A stretch of 64,000 nucleotides of DNA from Dehalococcoidia bacterium (lineage in GTDB: Bacteria; Chloroflexota; Dehalococcoidia; Lucifugimonadales; Australimonadaceae). The translations under genes were made by a program, and so were the position numbers. The notes under the pieces were generated by a model. The model saw only the letters and a list, made by a program, of their open reading frames with translations. It ran no database searches and had not been told where the DNA came from. The stretch is from the NCBI GenBank assembly GCA_034423175.1, contig DAOUJA010000062.1, positions 64,526-128,525 on the forward strand, given 5' to 3'. Below, piece after piece: positions 36,352-44,919 of this stretch (its first letter is position 1; each line of letters starts with the position of its first letter).

Positions 36352-36801
36352 ATGGAAGTCAAGGAACTCGGCCACGTCGTCCTCTTCGTAGCGGACGTCG
36401 AACGCTCGCGCCACTTCTACACGGACGTCCTCGGCTTCAGCGAGATACGGCGCGAGGGCCAGCGTCCAAACACGGCCGTGTACTCCACCGGCCGCACGCA
36501 CCACGAGCTCTACCTGATGCAGGTGGGCGAGGACGCCCAACCCATCCCGCAGGGGAAGCGGCTTGGGCTGTACCACATCGGCATCAAGATCGGCACGACG
36601 GACGAGGAACTGCGGGACGCGCTCGCCGAGTTGCAGGAGGCCGGGGTGCGCGTCGTCGGCCACAACGACCACGGCCACACCCACAGCCTCTACATCCTCG
36701 ACCCCGATGGCAACGAGATCGAGCTGTACATCGACGTGCAGCCCGAGACCTGGCGCGAGGAGTTCGCGAACGAGGTCCCGCTCCGGCCCGCCCTGCGGTA
36801 G
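36352..36801 (+). CDS. VOC/glyoxalase-family protein
   Basis: ..LGHVVLFVADVERSRHFYTDVLGF.. and ..HSLYILDPDGNEIELY.. AAAGGAG lies upstream of the ATG. Confidence 0.75.
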   Translation: MEVKELGHVVLFVADVERSRHFYTDVLGFSEIRREGQRPNTAVYSTGRTHHELYLMQVGEDAQPIPQGKRLGLYHIGIKIGTTDEELRDALAELQEAGVRVVGHNDHGHTHSLYILDPDGNEIELYIDVQPETWREEFANEVPLRPALR

Positions 36802-36886
36802 TTTCCCATCCTGTACATCCTGTCCATCGATGTTCGAATGCCACCCCCGCATTCCGTTTGCCCGCCTGCCTGACTAGAATCTCCCT

Positions 36887-39529
36887 GTGGCCAGCCCCGT
36901 CCGCAAGCAGTATCTGGAAATCAAGTCGCGCTACCCGGATGCGCTGCTCCTGTACCGCATGGGCGACTTCTACGAGACGTTCGACGAGGACGCCCGGCTC
37001 GCCGCGCGCGACCTCGAGATAGTCCTCACCCAGCGGGACATCGGACAGGGGGAGGTTGTCCCGCTCGCGGGAATCCCCTACCACGCGCTGGACAGCTACC
37101 TCGCAAAGCTCGTCCGCAAGGGCCACCGCGTCGCCATCGCCGAGCAGACGAGCGAGCCGGACGGCAGGACGCTCGTGAGCAGGGACGTCGTCCGCGTCGT
37201 GACTCCTGGCACGGTCATCGAGCCGGGGATGCTGGACTCCGGCGCGAACAACTACCTCGTTGCCGTCGCGCAGGGGGGCGCCCAGTCCGGCATCGCGTTC
37301 GTGGACATCACCACCGGCGAGTTCGCCGTCACACAGCTGCCCACCGGCGCGGTCCCGCAGGAGATCGCGCGCCTCGCCCCTTCTGAGCTGCTCCTTGCGG
37401 ATGGGGGCGAGGTTCCTGCCTTCGCAGGAATGACGGGAGGGGCAGGAATGACGGCAGGGGCAGGAACGACGGCAGGGGCGGGAATGACGGACTGCCACGT
37501 GACCCGGCTGAACGGGGCGAGCTTCGCGCCGAATGCCGCGCGGCGCCGCGTGCTGGACCACTTCGGCGTGCGCTCCCTCGACGCCTTCGGCTGCGAGGGG
37601 CTGGAGTTTGCGACCACGGCGGCAGCCGTCGTGCTCGACTACGTCGGCAAGACGCACATGGCCGTGCTCCCGCAACTGACCGGTCTTCGGACGTACTCGA
37701 CCGACGCCTTCATGGCGCTCGACCCGCAGACCCGTCGCAACCTGGAACTGTTCGAAGGGGGCCGCTGGGGAGCGAAGGGCCAGTCGCTGCTGAGCGTGCT
37801 CGACTGTACCGCCACGCCGATGGGCGCGCGGACGCTCCGCCGCTGGCTCGGCCAGCCGCTCCTCGACCTCGACGCGCTCGAGCGCCGCCTGGACGCCGTC
37901 GCGTGGCTGCACGCCTCGGACGTGCGCAGACAGCGGGTACGGACTGAACTGGCGGAGGTGTCGGACCTGGAGCGGGCGCTGCAGCGCGTCGGAACGGGCG
38001 TCGCCTTCCCGCGTGAGCTTGTGGGGCTGCGCCGCTCGCTGGAGCGTGTCCCGGCGCTGCGCACTCTGACAGGGGAAGCAGGGTCCGGGTTGTCGTGGCT
38101 CACGTCGGAGCTTGACCCCTGCACGAGCGCCGTCGAGCGCATACGGACGGCCATAGCCGACGACCCCCAGGGCGACGTGGGGCAGGGCAGGGTCGTCCGT
38201 GAAGGCTATGCGGAGGAGATGGACGAAGTGCGGATGGCCGCACAGGACGCTCGCTCCTACATCGCGGGACTGGAGCGGAAGGAGCGCGAGCGCACCGGCA
38301 TCCCCAACCTCAAGGTCGGCTACAACAAGGTGTTCGGCTACTACCTGGAGGTCTCCAACGCCCACAGCGCGAGCGTGCCGGACGACTACGTCCGCCGCCA
38401 GACACTCGTCAACGCGGAGCGCTTCTACACGCAGGAGCTGAAAGAACACGAGAACCGCGTGCTCAGCGCGGGCGACCGGCTGCAGGAGTTGGAGACGGCC
38501 GTCTACAAGCAGGTCTGTCGCGACGTCGCAGCGCACGCGTCGGAGATACTCGCGACCGCTGCGGCGCTGGGCACGCTGGACGCGCTCCTCGCGCTCGCCG
38601 AGTCCGCTGTCCGCTACGGCTACCTGCGCCCCGCCCTCGACGAGGGCGAGCGGCTCGTGCTCCGCGACGCCCGCCACCCCGTCGTGGAACGCTTCCTCCC
38701 CAGCGGCGCGTTCGTCCCGAACGACGCCGACCTTTCGACCGATGAGAACCAGCTGGTGATACTCACCGGCCCGAACATGGCGGGCAAGTCCACCTACCTT
38801 CGGCAGGTGGCCGTCGCCGTCCTGATGGCGCAGATAGGCTCGTTCGTTCCCGCGGCCGAGGCGCACGTGGGACTGGTCGACCGCATCTTCACGCGCGTCG
38901 GCCTGCAGGACGACCTCGCGAGCGGGCAGTCCACGTTCATGGTCGAGATGGTCGAGACCGCCGCGATACTCCACCATGCGACGCGGCGCTCGCTCGTCAT
39001 CCTGGACGAGATCGGGCGCGGCACCTCGACGTTCGACGGGCTCTCCATCGCGCAGGCCGTGGCGGAGCACATCCATAACGCGCCCCGTCTCGGCTGTCGC
39101 ACGCTGTTCGCCACGCATTACCACGAACTGACTGCGCTGGCAGACCGCCTGCCGCGCGTCCGCAATCTGAGCGTCGCGGTGTCCGACCGCGACGGCGACG
39201 TGGTCTTCCTGCATCGCATCGTCCAGGGCGGAGCGGACCGGAGCTACGGCGTGCACGTGGCGCAACTCGCCGGGCTGCCGAGGCCGCTCATCACTCGCGC
39301 ACGAGAGCTGCTCACGGAGCACGAAGGCATGCCTGTGACAGGCCGCACCCGCGGCAGGCGACCGCTGCCGGGCGCGCCGCCCCAGAGTGCGATGCCGCTG
39401 TTCGGCGGTCTCCCTCCGGAGGCCTCGCGCATCCTCGCCGAGCTGCGGGAACTCGACCTCGAGAACCTCACGCCGCGGCAGGCGCTGGACAAACTGGCGG
39501 AGCTGCAGGAGTGGGCGGAAGAGGGATGA
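36887..39529 (+). CDS. mutS: DNA mismatch repair protein MutS
   Basis: N-terminal ..YLEIKSRYPDALLLYRMGDFYETF.. (mismatch-binding Phe-x-Glu), Walker A GPNMAGKST, and ..STF.VEM.E.. GTG start. Confidence 0.9.
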   Translation: MASPVRKQYLEIKSRYPDALLLYRMGDFYETFDEDARLAARDLEIVLTQRDIGQGEVVPLAGIPYHALDSYLAKLVRKGHRVAIAEQTSEPDGRTLVSRDVVRVVTPGTVIEPGMLDSGANNYLVAVAQGGAQSGIAFVDITTGEFAVTQLPTGAVPQEIARLAPSELLLADGGEVPAFAGMTGGAGMTAGAGTTAGAGMTDCHVTRLNGASFAPNAARRRVLDHFGVRSLDAFGCEGLEFATTAAAVVLDYVGKTHMAVLPQLTGLRTYSTDAFMALDPQTRRNLELFEGGRWGAKGQSLLSVLDCTATPMGARTLRRWLGQPLLDLDALERRLDAVAWLHASDVRRQRVRTELAEVSDLERALQRVGTGVAFPRELVGLRRSLERVPALRTLTGEAGSGLSWLTSELDPCTSAVERIRTAIADDPQGDVGQGRVVREGYAEEMDEVRMAAQDARSYIAGLERKERERTGIPNLKVGYNKVFGYYLEVSNAHSASVPDDYVRRQTLVNAERFYTQELKEHENRVLSAGDRLQELETAVYKQVCRDVAAHASEILATAAALGTLDALLALAESAVRYGYLRPALDEGERLVLRDARHPVVERFLPSGAFVPNDADLSTDENQLVILTGPNMAGKSTYLRQVAVAVLMAQIGSFVPAAEAHVGLVDRIFTRVGLQDDLASGQSTFMVEMVETAAILHHATRRSLVILDEIGRGTSTFDGLSIAQAVAEHIHNAPRLGCRTLFATHYHELTALADRLPRVRNLSVAVSDRDGDVVFLHRIVQGGADRSYGVHVAQLAGLPRPLITRARELLTEHEGMPVTGRTRGRRPLPGAPPQSAMPLFGGLPPEASRILAELRELDLENLTPRQALDKLAELQEWAEEG
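37413..37490 (+). repeat. REP-like hairpin plus about 3.7 units of an 18-bp tandem repeat, in frame inside mutS
   Basis: Hairpin TTCCTGC-CTTC-GCAGGAA at 37413-37430. Units GCAGGAATGACGG(G/C)AGGG at 37424, 37442, 37460 and 37478 encode AGMTGG AGMTAG AGTTAG AGMTD. Confidence 0.8.
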
Positions 39530-40398
39530 CGCAGTATGAGTCCAGTGTCTTCGTGGACGGGAACAACGTCATGGGCTCACGTCCGGACGGGTGGTGGCGT
39601 GACCGCGCCGCGGCTGCGCAGCGCCTCATCGCCGACCTTGCGTCCCTCGGGCGCGGCCCTGCGCACTGGACCGTCGTGTTCGACGGCCCGCCACCCGTGG
39701 AGGCGCCGCGCTCCGCGGGTGCCCTCACCGTGGAGTACGTCCGGGGACGCGGCGCCGACGCCGCGGATGACCGCATCGTCGAGCTGCTCGACGCGTTGCC
39801 TCCCGGCATGGACGCGCTGGTGTACACGTCCGACCGCCGGTTGCGCGAACGCGCGGCAGCGCTCGGTGCGCGGGTCGAGGGAGCGAGCGCCCTGTTGCGG
39901 GCGATAGCGGAGGCAGACATGAACGAGACGGCAACCTGGGGAGAGTTCGAGGCGGCGTCGCCGGAGCTGGCGCAACTGGGGCGGGGGCTGTTCGACGAGA
40001 CCGGACTGGTGATGCTGGGAACGTTACGCAGGGACGGCTTCCCGCGCGTCAGCCCCGTGGAGTTCTTCATCTTCGCCGGCGAGATCTACCTCGGTATGAT
40101 CTGGCGGTCCTACAAGGCGCAGGACCTGCAACGCGACCCCCGGTGCATGGTGATGAACACGGTGCACGACCGGCAACTGCCGGATGGCGAGTTCAAGCTG
40201 ACGGGCATCGCAACCGAGGTCACCGGCGAGGCCGAGCGCCAGGCGTGGGCAATGGCGCTCCTGGAGCACATGGGCTGGTCGCCGGAGGACGATGACGACG
40301 AGCCGTACAACCTGTTCAAGATAGGCATCGTCACCGCCTCGTTCGCCAGGATAGAGAACAACGACTGGTTCCGCCTCTTCTGGCGCGCCGGAGCATGA
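39526..40398 (+). CDS. NYN/YacP-like domain fused to a PNPOx-like (pyridoxamine 5'-phosphate oxidase family) domain
   Basis: N-terminal ..VFVDGNNVMGSRPDGWW.. and ..DDRIVELL.. (YacP-like). C-terminal ..GTLRRDGFPRVSPVEF.. with a split-barrel pattern. The ATG overlaps the mutS TGA. Confidence 0.5.
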   Translation: MTQYESSVFVDGNNVMGSRPDGWWRDRAAAAQRLIADLASLGRGPAHWTVVFDGPPPVEAPRSAGALTVEYVRGRGADAADDRIVELLDALPPGMDALVYTSDRRLRERAAALGARVEGASALLRAIAEADMNETATWGEFEAASPELAQLGRGLFDETGLVMLGTLRRDGFPRVSPVEFFIFAGEIYLGMIWRSYKAQDLQRDPRCMVMNTVHDRQLPDGEFKLTGIATEVTGEAERQAWAMALLEHMGWSPEDDDDEPYNLFKIGIVTASFARIENNDWFRLFWRAGA

Positions 40399-40465
40399 GG
40401 CGAGGCATGCGCGAGAAGGTTAGAATGGCCGCGCTGCGACGGGAACGAGCGAGGGAGGTGCAGCG

Positions 40466-41263
40466 ATGGTGAGCGAGGCTGAGCGCTCAGGGGCTGACGG
40501 CGCCACGGCATTGAGCGTGACGGAGCAATTCTCACTCCACCCGGAGATGGACGAGCCGGAGGAGTTCCTCGGCGGGCCGTACAACCTCTCGGTGTGGCAG
40601 CCGAAGGACGCCGAACACCGGCACTTCCAGCAGCACGCGCCGAAGGCCGGCGAGCCGATGCCGGACTTCACGCTGCCCGTGCTGGACGGTGGGGAGCTGA
40701 CGCTGTCGTCGCTGCGCGGCAAGCCGGTGATGATCGAGTTCGGCTCCGTCACCTGACCACCATGCGTGGCGGAGTCTCCGCTCATGAAGGACCTTGCGAG
40801 CAGGTACGCGGACGACGCGCACTTCCTGTTCATCTACACGCGGGAGGCGCATCCCGGCGAGCACTACCCGCCCATCCACTACTACGAGCAGAAGCTCCTG
40901 CATGCACGATCGTTCCGGGAGCGGCTGGGCATCAACCGCACGATACTCGTGGACTCGGTGCAGGGCAGGGTGCACCGCATGTTCGGCGGCGTGTCGAACA
41001 TGTCGTGGATCGTGGACCACACCGGGCGCGTCGCCTATCGGGCGGCGTGGACGGTGGCTGACGACATCGAGCGCGCCCTGGGCGAGGTGCTGCGGGCGCG
41101 GATGCTGAAGCGCGAGGGCCAGCCCGCCGCGGTCTTCTACCGGGAGATGGTGGGGCTGCGGCCGGCGAACGAGGGGCCGCCGCACGGGCTGCCGCGGTTC
41201 ATGGGCGGCGACGTCGCCGCGCGGCAGTTCGCCGATGCGCGGCACCGGACGGAGCGGGCGTAA
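40466..41263 (+). CDS. thioredoxin-fold, iodothyronine-deiodinase-like protein with in-frame TGA (candidate selenocysteine) at 40754-40756
   Basis: ORFs 40466-40756 and 40766-41263 share one frame. Read-through gives ..IEFGSVT-U-PPCVAES..HFLFIYTREAHPGEHY.. GAGGGAGG lies upstream of the ATG at 40466. Confidence 0.6.
40761..40786 (+). promoter_or_regulatory. SECIS-like stem-loop downstream of UGA 40754
   Basis: CATG (40761-40764) pairs with CATG (40783-40786), and GCGG (40769-40772) pairs with CCGC (40778-40781). The apical loop AGUCU sits about 17-21 nt after the UGA. Confidence 0.45.
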
Positions 41264-41273
41264 GGCGGAGAGC

Positions 41274-41651
41274 ATGCCGATCTACGAGTTCAGGTGCAAC
41301 GCATGCGGCGCGAAGTCTTCCGCGTTCTTCCGGTCCATGAACACGGATGCCGCCGTGGCCTGCGGGCGCTGCGGCAGCGCGGATACGCGGCGGCTGTTCT
41401 CCACGTTCAAGACGAAGATGCAGCGTCCCGGCCCGGACCAATTCAACAAGGCGGAGCTGTTGGACGGCGTCGACTACACCAACCCTGCTTCGATGGCGAA
41501 CTTCTTCCGCAAGATGGGCACCGCCTTCGACGACGAGCCGAACGAACACATGGACGAGATCGTCGGCAGGCTCGACCACGGCGAGCCGGTGCACAAGGCG
41601 CTGAAGCTCGACATGGATGGTCACTCGCACGGACCGGCGGCTGACGAGTAG
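41274..41651 (+). CDS. FmdB-family zinc-ribbon protein
   Basis: MPIYEFRCNACG...CGRCGS is the CxxC...CxxC zinc-ribbon signature of the FmdB family. Confidence 0.7.
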   Translation: MPIYEFRCNACGAKSSAFFRSMNTDAAVACGRCGSADTRRLFSTFKTKMQRPGPDQFNKAELLDGVDYTNPASMANFFRKMGTAFDDEPNEHMDEIVGRLDHGEPVHKALKLDMDGHSHGPAADE

Positions 41652-41727
41652 GGAACCTCGCCGGTTCACCCCGCATCCTGACTGCCCTCCATCGAAGGGG
41701 GAAGGTATCCCGGGTGCAGAGACAACA

Positions 41728-41756
41728 GAGAGGGGCAGGAACTTCCTGCCCCTCTC
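41728..41756. terminator. 13-bp perfect-stem hairpin between convergent genes (bidirectional terminator candidate)
   Basis: GAGAGGGGCAGGA-ACT-TCCTGCCCCTCTC. It lies 77 nt after the fmdB-like stop and 30 nt after the amidohydrolase stop. Confidence 0.6.
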
Positions 41757-41785
41757 CTCGTTTCCGGTATGTCCGGCCCTGCCTG

Positions 41786-42820
41786 CTAGACGTTGGCGAA
41801 TGAGGGGAAGACCTTCAGCGGGTTCTTGTTGACGATGGTCAACTTGTCCTCCTCCGACAGCGAGGGCAGGTAGTCGATGACCGGGAGCAGGTTGTCCGAG
41901 GTGAGGCCGACGCCCGTGTGGGACGGGTGGTCGCTCTCCTGGCGGACGTTGCGGCCGGAGCCGGGGGCCTCGGTGCCGAACGCCATGTTGGCGACGCCCC
42001 ACTGCTTGATGGCGAGCTCCAGGTAGTCGATGTCGTAGGTGCAGGTGTCGAAGAAGAGGTTGTCGCCCTCCCAGTTGCCGCGGTGGCGGGAGGAGGCGAT
42101 GAACCGGTCCAGCGCTCCGCCGGCGTGGGCGATACAGATGCGGAGGCCGGGGAACTTCGTGAATATGTCGCTGTAGGCGAGGATGCGGGTCGCGAGGAAC
42201 GTCTCAACGACGAAGCCGACCTGGTAGTTGCCGGGGATGTGGCCGATGCGGGGGTCGAGGCAGTTGGTGCCGTGGATGAACACCGGGATGTTCCACTCCT
42301 GGCACTTCTCGTAGACCGGGTACCAGTACGGCTCGTGCATGCCGGGAGAGTTGTGGCGGCCGTCCGGGTCGGGGCTGAGGTACGTACCCACGAAGCCGTA
42401 CTCCTTCACCGCCTTCTCGAACTCCGGGAGACAGTTGCTCAGGTCGTCGGCTTCGGCGATCTGGGGCAGCATGGACGCGCCCAGGTAGCGCGTGGGGAAG
42501 TTGTCGACCTGCTTCTTGATGGTGTCGTTGGTGAACTCGCACCACGGGCCGTAGAGGTTGCGGGGCATCCAGCCCATCATCGTGAAGGGCCGGGGGCCGA
42601 TGACCTGAACGTCGATGTTTCGCTCGTCCATGTACTCGGTGTGCATCGTGTTGGTGCGCATGAACGCTTCGTCGCTGAACTCGCCCGACCCGGAGCCCGT
42701 CGCTCGCAGTGGGCTTTCCCCGACGTGGCCGGAGGAGAACCCCCCGACGATCCAGGTGCGCACCGAGTTCGGCGCCGATACGTGGCCATGGACATCGAAA
42801 ACCTTCGTGCCTTTGAACAT
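41786..42820 (-). CDS. amidohydrolase-2 family protein
   Basis: MFKGTKVFDVHGHV.. (HxH) and ..ICIAHAGGAL.. AGGAGGG lies upstream of the ATG at 42820. Confidence 0.7.
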   Translation of the reverse strand: MFKGTKVFDVHGHVSAPNSVRTWIVGGFSSGHVGESPLRATGSGSGEFSDEAFMRTNTMHTEYMDERNIDVQVIGPRPFTMMGWMPRNLYGPWCEFTNDTIKKQVDNFPTRYLGASMLPQIAEADDLSNCLPEFEKAVKEYGFVGTYLSPDPDGRHNSPGMHEPYWYPVYEKCQEWNIPVFIHGTNCLDPRIGHIPGNYQVGFVVETFLATRILAYSDIFTKFPGLRICIAHAGGALDRFIASSRHRGNWEGDNLFFDTCTYDIDYLELAIKQWGVANMAFGTEAPGSGRNVRQESDHPSHTGVGLTSDNLLPVIDYLPSLSEEDKLTIVNKNPLKVFPSFANV

Positions 42821-43005
42821 TTCCCCCTCCTGATACCCGCTCTGCAAGCGGGTGTTTTAATGAGACGCCCGGCGCTGGAGGCCTCCCATGGTCTGCGTCG
42901 CGCCGTTACGTCGTGCGGAGGGTAGTCCTTCCAGCCGACGGTTGCAACCTCTGTATCGATAGCGACGTATCGATATGAGGACGTATCGATAATGCAGGTT
43001 GCCGG

Positions 43006-44286
43006 TCAAGCAACCAGGACGCCCGCCTCGGAGGGGAGCTGGTCGAATATCTTGGCGTTGGCGTACTCCGAGTGGACGGGCACCTGGTGCTGCAGCTCGA
43101 TCATCTGGCCCGTCCTGCCGGACTCGATGACTGCGAGCGTCGCTTCCAGCGTCGCCATGCCCCACTCGGGGGTGTGGTAGACGGGAGCGCCGTTGACGAC
43201 GGCGTCGTACAGCTCCTTGAGTTCGGCGCGGCGGTTCATCGCCCAACCGGACGGCGGCTTCAGGTCTATCGTGTGGTGTCCCTCGTTGTCGTAGATGGTG
43301 ATGCCGTAGGCCGAGCGGGTGATGTCGCCGCGCTCGCAGGAGACGACCACGAAGCCGGGCTCGGCTGGCACCCACGGCTCGCCGCCGGGGTCGCGGTTCT
43401 GCCCCTCGCGCTTGAACACCTCCACCTCACGCTCGCCGCCGATGCGGATCGCCTGCTTGTCGGACTCCTCATCCCGGGTGCCGTTGATCATGCCGTCGCG
43501 CACCATGATGCGCTCTTCCTCGCCGTAGCGCTGGCGGTCGTGCCCCCACGGGACGAGCTGCGCGCCCATGAAGTAGCCGTGCGCGTTGTGGATGATCGTG
43601 GAGACGGCGCCGTTCTCGAACTCGAAGAGCGCCGAGTAGTAGCCGGGGATGGGGCGTTCCGGCATCCACTGGCCGACGACGCCGCGCACGTTCCTGATCA
43701 TGCCGCCGCCGAGCAGGCGCACGGTGTCGATCTGGTGGGGGCCCTGCCGGTAGACGAGTCCGCCGCCCTGGGCGAGGTCCAGCTCCTCGGTGACGCGGGG
43801 CCGGAGCAGCCAGTCCGTGTAGGCCATGAAGTTGATGGCCTTCACCGCGCCGAGTTGCCCGGACTGGATGATGCTGTACATCTTGCGGAACGGCGGGATG
43901 AACGAGCGCGTGTGGCCTGCTATGAGCACGTTGCCCGTGCGCTTCGCCGCGTCGCACATCGCCTGCGCCTCTTCGAGGTTGAGCGCCATCGGCTTCTCGA
44001 CCACGACGTGCTTGCCGTGTTCCAGTGCGTAGATGGTCATGGGCGCGTGGAACCTGTTGGGCGTGGATATCCAGACCGCCTCCACCTCAGGGTCGTCGCA
44101 CAGCTCCTCGATGCTCGGGTAGGCTTTCGCCTCGTAGCGGGCCTGGAACCGCTCTCGGGTAAGCGGGTTGATGTCGGCCCCTGCGATGAGGTCGATCTCC
44201 TCCATCTGCTCGAAGGCCGGGAGCATCTCGGTGCCGCCCACGCCGATGCCCGCCATCGCCACGCCAAGTGTCCGTTTGGTGGTCAT
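43006..44286 (-). CDS. Gfo/Idh/MocA-family oxidoreductase
   Basis: N-terminal Rossmann ..LGVAMAGIGVGG.. and ..EKP.A...EEA.. AAGGAGA lies upstream of the ATG at 44286. Confidence 0.8.
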   Translation of the reverse strand: MTTKRTLGVAMAGIGVGGTEMLPAFEQMEEIDLIAGADINPLTRERFQARYEAKAYPSIEELCDDPEVEAVWISTPNRFHAPMTIYALEHGKHVVVEKPMALNLEEAQAMCDAAKRTGNVLIAGHTRSFIPPFRKMYSIIQSGQLGAVKAINFMAYTDWLLRPRVTEELDLAQGGGLVYRQGPHQIDTVRLLGGGMIRNVRGVVGQWMPERPIPGYYSALFEFENGAVSTIIHNAHGYFMGAQLVPWGHDRQRYGEEERIMVRDGMINGTRDEESDKQAIRIGGEREVEVFKREGQNRDPGGEPWVPAEPGFVVVSCERGDITRSAYGITIYDNEGHHTIDLKPPSGWAMNRRAELKELYDAVVNGAPVYHTPEWGMATLEATLAVIESGRTGQMIELQHQVPVHSEYANAKIFDQLPSEAGVLVA

Positions 44287-44339
44287 GTTGTTCTCCTTTG
44301 CGCCAACGTAGTTCTTCCCGCCCACCCGCCCGTGACGTT

Positions 44340-44386
44340 GAGGGGGACACCCCCTCGCCCCCGGCAGAGGGGCTCCGCCCCTCTGC
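44340..44386. repeat. two adjacent GC-rich REP-like hairpins
   Basis: GAGGGGG-ACA-CCCCCTC (44340-44356) and GCAGAGGGG-CTCCG-CCCCTCTGC (44364-44386), between the GNAT stop and the oxidoreductase start. Confidence 0.5.
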
Positions 44387-44486
44387 ACTCCCTGGCTGGG
44401 CGAGGCTATCTCGCAGTGTTATACACCTGCCAGCGCGAGACCGCTACGCCTGCCGGGGAACACTGGCTACCACCAAATAGAATCTC

Positions 44487-44917
44487 TCAATCACCCGGAG
44501 CGAGTGTCTTCTCCATGAAGATGAGGTCGTCTCGGGTGTAGCCGATGCCGTCGTAGAAGCGCTGCACGCCGCCGTTGTCGGGTCGATGAGCAGGTTGACC
44601 TTGACGCATCCGACGGCCCGGAAGCGCGCTTCGAGCTCCGACATGAGCATCGTACCGATGCCGTCCCGCTGCAGGCCTGGCGCGACCGCGAGGTGGTTCA
44701 CCCACCCGCGCCGCCCGTCATAGCAGCCCATCACGGCGCCGACGATCCGCTCGCTGGACTCGGCGACGATGAACAGGTCAGGGTCGCGCTGCATCCGGTG
44801 TTCGATGCCCTGGAAGTCGTCCGACAGGCTGAGCGAGAGCCCCGCGGCGCGCCACAGGTCCACGACTTGCTCGTAGTCGCGCAGCTCGAACGTCCTGATG
44901 CGCACGTCTGCGGCCAC
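44487..44917 (-). pseudogene. GNAT-family N-acetyltransferase interrupted by a 1-nt frameshift
   Basis: The N-terminal 110 aa (..IVGAVMGCYDGRRGWVNHLAVAP..QRDGIGTMLM..) lie in one frame. The conserved C-terminus (PDNGGVQRFYDGIGYTRDDLIFMEKTL) lies in another. The junction is at the GGG run 44580-44582. Confidence 0.6.
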
Positions 44918-44919
44918 GG

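Noticed and set aside
40766-41263. The downstream ORF as an independent 165-aa gene starting at GTG 40766.
   Set aside because: It has no Shine-Dalgarno sequence. It shares its frame with the upstream ORF, with only a TGA and three codons between them. The thioredoxin-fold redox motif spans the junction. Read-through as one gene explains the data better.
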